A DNA stretch of 64,000 bases from NCBI GenBank assembly GCA_964057225.1, contig OZ059895.1, positions 5,828,001 to 5,892,000 of the forward strand. Direction: 5' to 3'. Of this stretch, positions 53,947 through 64,000 are shown piece after piece (the first letter of the stretch is position 1; every line of letters begins with the position of its first letter). The notes under the pieces were generated by a model. That model was not told the DNA's origin and did not search any database. It saw only the letters and a program-made list of their open reading frames with translations. The stretch comes from Auanema rhodensis (lineage: Eukaryota; Animalia; Nematoda). A program made the position numbers and the translations under genes.

Positions 53947-55626
53947 GCTTATACCTACCTTCTCTGTTCTTTTAACATTTTTTCAAAAATTTGTTTCTTT
54001 TCGCAACTTTCCTCTTCAAGATCTATGCTGACCAGATCAAAGTTTTTTTTATCTTTTTTGGAGGCAAAATTCATTTATAGTTTGTTTGTATAATTAGTTT
54101 GTCAAACTCTCATTATAATTATTCATTTTTATATAGTTTTTGTTAATTATAAATCATTTTTTATGGAAAAATGAGAAAATGAATGTGAGGAGAGATAGAG
54201 TAAATGAATATGAGCAAATCAGTAAGTAAGTAAGAGCAAGAGAGAGATAAAGAAAGTGAAATAAGAAAAATCGAAAAGTCACTTCTATCTAGTGTGTGCA
54301 AAAATAATTGCCAATTAAGCCTGAGGTTATGTAAGCACAAATTTCTAAAATAGCTCATTTCATGTGAAATGTGCAATGCTTGAACTACAATATATATTCT
54401 GAAACTTATTCAAATACATCTACATATGTCATCGTCTTAATTAAGTTAAGTTTATTCAACACAACTGACCACAGGTTACAAGGAAAAATTGGTTGTTGTA
54501 GTTTCAAGTTTCGATGTAGCTTATTCAGCACACTGTACTGCGTTTGATGATGATGCTCAGGTCAGTAGCAGCAGCAGCACTAAACATGTTGACCCGTTGG
54601 CGCGAAGATTTGGAGTTAAGCTTCAACGCATTTGAACAGAACGACTTCAAACTTTGTATTTGCATCATTTTGTTGTTTCAGCAACTTTCTCATCTTTCAG
54701 CTTTCTTCATCAGTACCATCGTCTACGTCATTTTAATATTCAAGTTTCATAACAATGCAACCTTTTCGTAGCTTTAACCATACGTTTTCAACTTATTTGC
54801 ATTTCCTCTTACTCTCTCTTACTCTACATGTAGCTTCTTTGTTGTTGTTCCTTCTATCATCATTATTGTTTCTTCTTCCTCTTCCTCTTATACATCTTCA
54901 AGTCATCTTCAGATGACGTCAGACATACATATCTTGCATTCAATTTCTATCTGTTGCAACAGCAGTTTCTCATTAACCTACATCACTTTAATTCTTTGAA
55001 TCTCTTATTTTATTTTTATTTTTTGATTTACAACTGCTTTTTCTACCTATATCCATATATATTTATATATAAATTAGCATATTATATATCAAAATTTCCA
55101 CGTAAATTTCTAAAAGCAGACTTTTTTCTTTTTTTTTTTGAAATATTAGCATATTCTTAATAATTTTCATTTTTATTTTTAATTGTAGCAACAAACGGTT
55201 ATTGTTAGCATTAATTATATAAAATTTATCTTTAAGTAATTAATTCATATATTCTATACTATACGTATATTTAGGTTAGATAATCTTAGATGTTATCTTA
55301 GCTTTCTTAATTAGTTATACTAACTATATGACATTGTGAACATTTGAAAAGCTTATAGATAGCCAATCTCCGTTCTTCTTTTACCAATATCTCCAGTTTA
55401 GCCTACCATTCTTTAATATTTTATATTTAATATTATTAAATTATTATAACATAACATTACTTTATATATATATACATATGGTTATAATATAATAATATAA
55501 TTAATTATAAGTATATATTTATGGTTAAAACAAATGTTTCTCTTCAAATATTATAATTGAATTTCATATTTATTATATTAACTTCAAATATTTTATAATA
55601 TTTGAAATATTTATCTAAGAACGAAA

Positions 55627-55629
<3 letters not shown>

Positions 55630-55678
<49 letters not shown>

Positions 55679-55686
55679 AAGAGAGA
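55630..55686. repeat. (GA)n microsatellite
   Basis: GA run. Confidence 0.9.
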
Positions 55687-58253
55687 AAAAGGGATGTAGA
55701 GATTAAACCCTTAATTCCTGGAAAAAACATCAAAATAATTATCTTTCAAATGACCTGTTGTGTCGTACATCCTCATCTACTGCTAAATTCAAGTCCACTT
55801 GCTATCAACATCAAACAGCTCAACATAGCCTTTGGCCATTCCATAACTATTGGACAATTCATTTGGTCATCATCTTGATCTTTACTCCAGTCAAGCCCTC
55901 TTCTTTTATAGTCCCTGAGGCAATTTTGAAAGATAACAACTGTTGAGAAAAGGGTTGAAGAAAAAAACAAAATTGAAAATTATTCTGTTATTTTCTGTAG
56001 AAAAATTGATAACCAATAAAGAGAAGGAGTTAAAAGAATGAAATGGAAAGAACCTTCCTCCTCTCTTTCTCTCTCTCTCTCCCTCTCTCTCTCTCTCTCT
56101 TTCTTTCTCTCTCACTCTCTCTATGACTTTTCTCTTGTATGAATTTATATTCTTAAAATCATTAAGTTTTAACTTTTGTTACATCATTGCGTGTTAGAAA
56201 CTATAGTTTCATTCTAAAAGACGGAAATGGTACATATAGATGCGAGATATTAGCTTTTAGTCAGATTGTTGCATTTTCAAAGCTTAAAAGATGAATGAAT
56301 CTCATTCAAATAGTTTTTGAAAAATAAAAAGAAAATGATATTGAGATACTTTTCAATAATATCAATATCAAACTATATGTTTATATATACTAACTATTTA
56401 TTTATAATTTATGAATATATTATTATACATATAGTATATAGAATGGTGATGATACACATAATTATGTGCCACCTGGTCAAAGGAGGTTAGACTGTTGTTG
56501 CTGAATCAAAACAGTTTTGACGACGTCGCCATCGATGCATTCACGAGGCCGCTTGGCCTTTATTCATTTCATTTCTCTTCACCTCACCGCTTCTATCATC
56601 TATGCTGATGTCGTCAATCGGTTTTCTCATTGAATGTTCAACTTACATATAGTTAAAATCTTAATTATAATTGATTGATATAGTTATTTTGGATGATATG
56701 TATGTATGTAATAGCTTTCATATAAACTGTTTCAATGTTTGACAAGCATTTCTCTCAACAACTTTATAGCCTTAAGCAATTATTCAATCAGCATTTTGAC
56801 CTTTTATGATTCTTCCGGAAGTAATTCGATAATGCTTGTCTCCATTTAATAGCTATAAGAGACGAAAGAGAATGAATATCGTGTGAGTTGTAGCATCACA
56901 ATGACATTTCTGAACAGAATACATATTAAGAACATCACTTATATGAATATTTTAGCATAAAAATAAAAATATAATTATAACTAACTCTAGTATATAATAT
57001 ATAATATAATTTATATTATTATTATATATTTTTTAAATTTATTATCATATTCAATCAATTACGTGACAATTTCACGTGCGTGTTATATGGAAATGATGAC
57101 AAAACAACTTTATTTTATTTTTTTCGTTAACAACATATATGATACGAAAAGCTAGTTTATATTTATAAATATTTTATTTATTTATTTTTTAAAAAACTTT
57201 ATGTTTATCTCTGATTATTCTACTAAAAAGAAATAATGTTTGTTTCCAGTTCATACTTTAACTCAAACATGATGATCGTGTTTTCAAAATAAAATACTTT
57301 GGCATTTTAAATATATTCATATAGTTAGATATATGTATAATACATATACTTTTAAATATATATATAGTTTATTATATTCAAAATATAATTAGAATAATTA
57401 TTATTGTAAATAGAAAGAGAGAGAGAGAGAGAGTATGAATCTCTTTCAATTTTCTTTTCTTCCCACAAACCTTTCAATCTTCTTTTATTTCCTTTTCACT
57501 TCTTATATTCTTCTTCATACCTATTGAATATAGAATATACATCTATTCTTAACTTATAATTCATTCACTAACTATTCAATTTTTTCTTTGAAAACTTTTT
57601 TTTTTTCAAATAAATTTCTTGAAAATGAGATAATGACATTTACATTTACTTGTTACGTAAATTACATAGTATGTACTGTATGTATGAATTAGACTCATTA
57701 GATGTTAAAAAACTTTCAAAACTATTTTACTATACATATAGTTAGATTTAGTTATATATAAATGTGAACAAAAGACTATTTTATCATTTAACTATGCCAT
57801 TTTCAAATCATTTCTCAATTATATTGAATCATTTCTCGTCAATTTACATGAACATTTCTAAATTAATTTCACTTTTGATTGCTTTTAGTCATAACAGCCA
57901 CTCAACTCATCTAATCAACCCTTCATGTCTTTCATTTTCTTCTTCGTCCTTGCCATCCCTCAATTCTCCTGTTCGTCTATCTCGTACAATCTCTTTCTCT
58001 CTCCCTCTCTCCCTTTCTCTCCGTTTTCCAGCTTTTAACAGCTTTTGACGGTTAGCCGGAAAATGGTAAGACAATCCGGACTATCTCATTCTAATTCTGG
58101 AGACGGTTCACGTTTGAGAAGCGATTGACCTCTTACTCTTACATCATTTCCGTCATCTATAATAGATATTCGAATTGAAATAGTAAAAGCTATTATGAAT
58201 ATCTCTATTCAACCTTTACCCAATCATACACTTCCATACTCTAACTTCCTTTT

Positions 58254-58256
<3 letters not shown>

Positions 58257-58323
<67 letters not shown>
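58257..58323. repeat. (CT)n microsatellite
   Basis: ~65-bp CT run. Confidence 0.95.
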
Positions 58324-58326
<3 letters not shown>

Positions 58327-61300
58327 TATTCCTTTATTTAGGATTTTATTTTGAGTAGTTTTACCAGGAAAATATTCCTTTATCAATCTTCTTTCATTGG
58401 CCTTCATTTCATTTAAACTGTTCAAATTTGGTTAAATGTACATCCGGACCTTTTGAATATAATATGGAATATAGATGTATTCTCATTCAGTTATGACCTA
58501 TTTAGGTTATCCTTCATTACAGAAGGGTCGAACATAGAGTGTAGACAGAAGGAGAGAGAAAGATGGAAGGTAATGAGAAGAGAAGAGAGCAAGGACAGAC
58601 GGCTGGTCAGCCAGTCAAGCATCCATGATTGTCTTGCTATGTCTAGCTAGATTCTAACGATGATGCCATCATATCCTGACTGATTATAATCATATGAAGA
58701 GATGATTAGTGAGCCATCTCCTTGTTTATCATCTTTTCTTTTCATTACATCATCATGCAATAAGATATTAAAAGATATTTTAGAGCATAATATATAGATA
58801 AAACTACATAGTTAACTAATCACTTTATAAATAATAAAATTGATAATATTATTATTTATAAAAGAAATTAATTTTTTCTTTCTTTTTCTCATTTCCTTTC
58901 ATGTATTTCTAATACAATATATTGATACAGCCTTATCCTGCATAATCTGCATATAGTTTAATATGATATCTATGTATTTCTGGTATTTGATTTAGCTGGT
59001 ACTCAACTACCCCCCTTTCCCTCCTTTCTCTTTCTCTTATCTCTATCTCTCTCTCTCTATCTCTCTCTCTCTCTCTCTCTCTTGCTCTGTTTCTCAATCT
59101 CTCTCAGATACCGCTTCTTCGTATGTATTCTGTCATCATGTAAATAGGTCGATTGAACCGGCTGCACAAGCTTCGCGGCTCTTGCTGAAGCTTAGGCTCC
59201 TCTGTTGTTTTCACCGGAAAAGATTCTTCTTCATTGACCTACCATCTCTTACAGTCTGCAACCTCTCTCTCTTTATCTCTTTTATCGTCGGATTTTCCTT
59301 CAATATGTTCGATCAAATAGATAATTCTCTTAACAATTTTAATTATTTTCAGACATGAAATCATCAAATCTCTTTTATGTGCTTGTCTCACATGTCTCCA
59401 TCAACGTTACGTTTTCTGATTATGTAAACGAATTTCGATGCTTTTCATCAAAAAGTTCTTTTTATCCGACCGATCATTGAAATCGTAACAAGATCTAGCT
59501 CTATTTGTGTTCACTTTATATCCACAAGAAGATATTTTCGTCCAAGAAGTATACTTATCATAATCATTTTTTTCATTTTGGATCATTTAAAATTATAAAA
59601 AATATATTTTTTTATTACAAAAATTAAAAATATATCATATAGTATAGTTAAATATAATTATATCTTTATATATACATATCTATATGGCTTATTTTCAACA
59701 ACATAAACAACAACAACAACAACAATAATTGATATGAGAAGCATGAGCATGAAGATAAGAGAACAGGGCTGACCAAAGGAGGATAATCAACAGATGGTGT
59801 TTATTTCGCTTATATCCACCTTTGCTTATATCCATCTCTTCTCCCTGTCTCAATCGTTGTTCTCTTTCTCTCTCCCTTTCTGTGTTGTTCCCTCTATCTT
59901 TCTCTCTTATTTCGTCGTGTGTACATATAAACAATAGAGCCTTCAGAGTGTCTCAATCATGCTTAAGCTACTAGCTGAAGCTCAAACCCAGCTCTATTCT
60001 CATTGTGTAGGGTACGCAATAGGCGGAGAGTCATGAGAAAAGCAGTGGGGGCAACCCGTTCACCTGCACATGTCTGCCCTTTCAATCTTTTGCTTTTGCA
60101 CCTTTCTCTCTTCATTATTCAGCTTATTCTACTCCTTCAAGGCTAATTAGCATAGAGCTTGAATGAGTTACACGCTTTGTATATGTACGTCAACTCACGT
60201 TTCAAGGAGTGCAGTTGTTGAATTGAGCTTAGGTTGTATTTCCCGCATTTTTTAAAACAAAAATATTTGTTTGGTTATATATTCTTGGTTAATTATATAC
60301 TAATAACATTTATGATATAGTATAGTATATATTTTTAAATATTTAAAATAAGAAAATTTAAAAATGTACAGGTAAAATATTTAATTTTAAATTAAATTTT
60401 ATTATAATATTATATAATTTGTTTCATTTTAATTAATTAATTCATTGATTATTAACATATAGTTATTATAATTATTATTTATTTATTATTCATGAAAAAT
60501 AATTTATTATGCTTTCCATATTGCTCTCATACATGTTCTGATGCCTCATGCTCATATGCTTCTTCATCTTCTTTAGCATATTTCAACTTATTTTCTTTGA
60601 CTTTTCAACTTGATATAAGTAAACTTTTCATTATTTTGCAAACTTTCCTCTTTGTGTACATGTTTCTGTCATTATGATCATCTTTCCTTCAGAATATCAC
60701 TTACAATTTAGTTTTTTAGAAAATTTACTATGACGTCAGAAGCATCATACCTCATCCTAAACATGAACTTGTTTTTCTTTTCTTTTATTTTTTTTTGCTT
60801 TTTTTCAATAACCATATGTCTTTGTGATCAAATTACTTTTTTCCTTATTTCTGGTTTATGTTCTAGAAAGCAAGCTATATAGACAAGCATACATACATAG
60901 TTGTAGCTTTCTTGTAATAGCTCATAGGAATTTCTTTTTACCTTTTCTCCCTCTCTACCTCTCTCTGTTTATACCTCCTTTTCTCTTTTTCTCTCATATT
61001 TTCTTACTTTCATTGACTTTTCTTCTATATGTTGGGCATTTTTTCTCGTTTTTCCCCCTTCTTCCTCAATTCCTTCTCAACTCCCTCTCAACCTTCGTTT
61101 AATCTTTTTTACTTTTTTTCTCTCTTTCTCCTCTCTTAAGAATCATCTAACGAAAATGATTTATTTTCTATTTATACAACTTTTCTTTATGTTAACCTGC
61201 TTGGCATATATTCTCTCTCTCTCTCTCTTTCTCTCTCTCTGTTAAAGCTACTGATAGTATCAGTTGTGATGACATTAAACAAGCTTGATGTGTTTCTTTT

Positions 61301-62346
61301 ATTCAAATTAATGTCTCATAAAACACTGATAAGTCTATTTTTCCTGTTCACATTGATTGAATCAATCATATTCTTTCTTGTTAAACTATCTTATATATTT
61401 GTTGTTTGATCTAATTTCAATTGTGAATTTATTCAAATTTCCTCATAAAAGTTTTCTTCTATTTTTTTTGATAAAAATAGAAAGAATGGTTAATTTTTTC
61501 TGTTAATTATGTATATAATTTTAATTAATTAATATAATTCTTCATTTTTTTTACTTATTTAAGTCAATTATTTCATATAAAATATGAAAGAAGAGTAACC
61601 TGTTTTCATTTTCTTCTCATTATTTCTATTTTCTACTATATAACTATACGTATATTTAGAATAATTATCATATATATAATATTAAAATAAAATTATAAAG
61701 AAGAAGAAGAAGAAGAAGTATACTCTCTTATATAGTTATTTAACTATATGTATCATCATCTATCATATATTATATTTCTTTTTTTTTTGTTATTTTCATG
61801 TTATTCAACTAATGCTATTGCTTGATTCAACTTGTTACTTGTCGTTTGAACTCTTCTCACTTACTATAACAAGCATGATTTCCTTAGTTTCACATTCTTT
61901 TCTTATTTTCTCTTTTCTATTGAACATCTTCTTTTCAATTTCTTTTATAATCAGGAACACAACAATCTTTTAGTATCAATGTTGTTAAACAACAATTCCT
62001 ACGGTTACAATGAGCTAATTTCTTCATGATTTTCCTTATTGACTACTTTCAAGTCTCAGTATTTATTGAAATTAGACATTTTCTTCTCTCTTCCTTCTTT
62101 CTTCCTTCTCTCTTCCTTCTCTCATTTTCTTCTTTTTCTTTTTTTTTTGGCCCAAAATTCAATCCAAATACTTATGGAGGTCTTAAAATGAATAATTATT
62201 TGAAGTAGTTTTTCCTTCCGATTCCGCCTTGTTTTCCAACCATCTTCTATGTTTGAGCCTCAGTCATGCCAGCATTCTTTGCATGTTTAATGGATTTCAC
62301 ACCTTCTAGACACAAAATGAAAATGAGAAATATATGAGAGAGAAAA

Positions 62347-62349
62347 AGA

Positions 62350-62398
<49 letters not shown>
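62347..62398. repeat. (GA)n microsatellite
   Basis: GA run with one interruption. Confidence 0.9.
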
Positions 62399-62408
<10 letters not shown>

Positions 62409-62754
62409 GGTTATATAGGAAAATGGAATCAGCAAATGGAGAGAGTTGTTATGAGAAGAAGAAATCATGAAATGTGGAAAGAAGATTTCAGTAGCCACAT
62501 TGGAATGAATGATTCTAAAAGATTTTTTCAGAATTTTAATTTCTTTAAAGAATTTATGATTAATGATTTATGTTTTAAGAATTAAATAATATTTCAATTG
62601 AAAACGGAAATGAATTTTTTTTGAAAATCAAAAAAATTCTAAAATTCGGTGATGCAGACATATGAATACTTATATATTCTCCCCCGGAAACATCAGACGA
62701 TACCTCTCTTCCTCCTCATCCCCTTTACCTGTCTCTCTCTCACTCTCTCTCCTC

Positions 62755-62786
<32 letters not shown>

Positions 62787-63967
62787 TGTCTACTATACCT
62801 ATTTTCATCTTCAAACACTTCGAACTAGCTACAACATTCTCATTCTGTCACAATGTTTTACCAAAATGTCAATTGACATACCTGTAGTAAAACGATTTTT
62901 GAAAACTTCAACCTTGCATATGATGAAACTTTATTTCATAAATATACTATACATATAGTATTCATAGCTATTTTCTCATCCTTCTATCTGTCAGCTAGAC
63001 AAGGTTTGCCAACCAATCAGCCATAGCCAATTTCGATTTAGCTCATTCTCAAAATTGTTTTTTTGACGTCAAATACGTTATGTCAGTAAAGATGATTCTG
63101 ATGATGAGATAGTCCATAAACTGGTTCTTCAGTTCAACTTGATGATGATGATGATGATGATCATCATCATCACTCATAATCGAAATTTTCAGAGTTCTTT
63201 AACTATACTATATAATCTATACTATATATGTATATATTAACTATACACCTTTATATAATATGAAATATGATGATTCATCTTCTAAACTTAATAACAAGAT
63301 TATCTAATCATTATAAGCTCATTATTTTATCTTTTTTTTTCAAATTTTTCTCCATTTTAAACTAATTTTTCTTTTTTTTTTTTTAAATTCAAAGTTTCCA
63401 CAAAAAAAAAACTTTGGAAAAGTAAATGTAATATAATCATTTTTTCGTTTCAAAAAAGATTCTGAAATTCTGAAATTTAAAGAATCCACATGTTTTCATC
63501 GTTTTCTGATTGAAAATCTTATCATGTAGACATTTCTTCAACAAAAAAAAGTAAAACGATGTTGTAAATGATGTTTCTAGAATCGTGTGCTCTTCCATAC
63601 TTTTATTCTTTTTTTGTCTGCCAACACAGTTTTCTACACCCCCCCCTCCTTCCGTTCTTCTCTCTCTCTCAATGTGTTTCTCTCTTAACAACCACTTTCT
63701 TTCATTTATTTTTATTCCTTTCCTTACTTATTTCTTGAAATTTTCATTTTCTTATTTTGTTTTATAAACCGACCGAACCAGTCATTCCGATAAAGGCTTA
63801 TTTTCTTTTTTTTTGGTCAAAAAAAAAAATAAAGATCCAACCTGCTTTTGTTCTTTACTTCATGTATATTTTTGTTCTTTTATAGCAGCTGCTGTGAAAA
63901 TGGCTATTCTGTTGAAATAATACAAGTTGTTTGTCCTAAAAAAAGTCTTTTTATCTCTTCACCCTCT

Positions 63968-63970
<3 letters not shown>

Positions 63971-64000
<30 letters not shown>
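63971..64000. repeat. (CT)n microsatellite running off the window end
   Basis: CT run. Confidence 0.9.

Noticed and set aside
50892-63767. Short ORFs with ERERER / SLSLSL / F-I-L-rich translations
   Set aside because: Products of GA/CT microsatellites and AT-rich composition, with no splice-consistent gene model or domain.

Overview
AT-rich eukaryotic DNA with nematode (rhabditid-like) hallmarks: TTTCAG acceptors, ~50-bp introns, and C. elegans-type U1 and tRNA-Glu sequences. The left third holds three spliced genes assembled by hand: a 12-exon mig-1-type Frizzled (+, 4328-12502), a 6-exon srg-class chemoreceptor (+, 13744-15144) and a 5-exon GST with an atypical active site (-, 15278-16307). 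The centre is a 33.1-kb non-coding cassette (17103-50223) bounded by near-identical 571-bp inverted arms, each carrying an intact, inward-pointing tRNA-Glu(CTC) gene. Inside it lie ~5.9 copies of a 367-bp repeat containing a decayed tRNA/B-box, a U1 snRNA gene (variant-looking) between local inverted repeats, and 146 full copies of a very homogeneous 200-bp satellite bracketed by a direct-repeat module. The right ~14 kb has no recognisable gene and is rich in (CT/GA)n microsatellites. The tRNA-capped, inverted-repeat-bounded satellite/snRNA cassette is the best candidate for an undescribed system; its function (insulated chromatin domain, programmed-elimination unit, or mobile/invertible element) cannot be decided from sequence alone.
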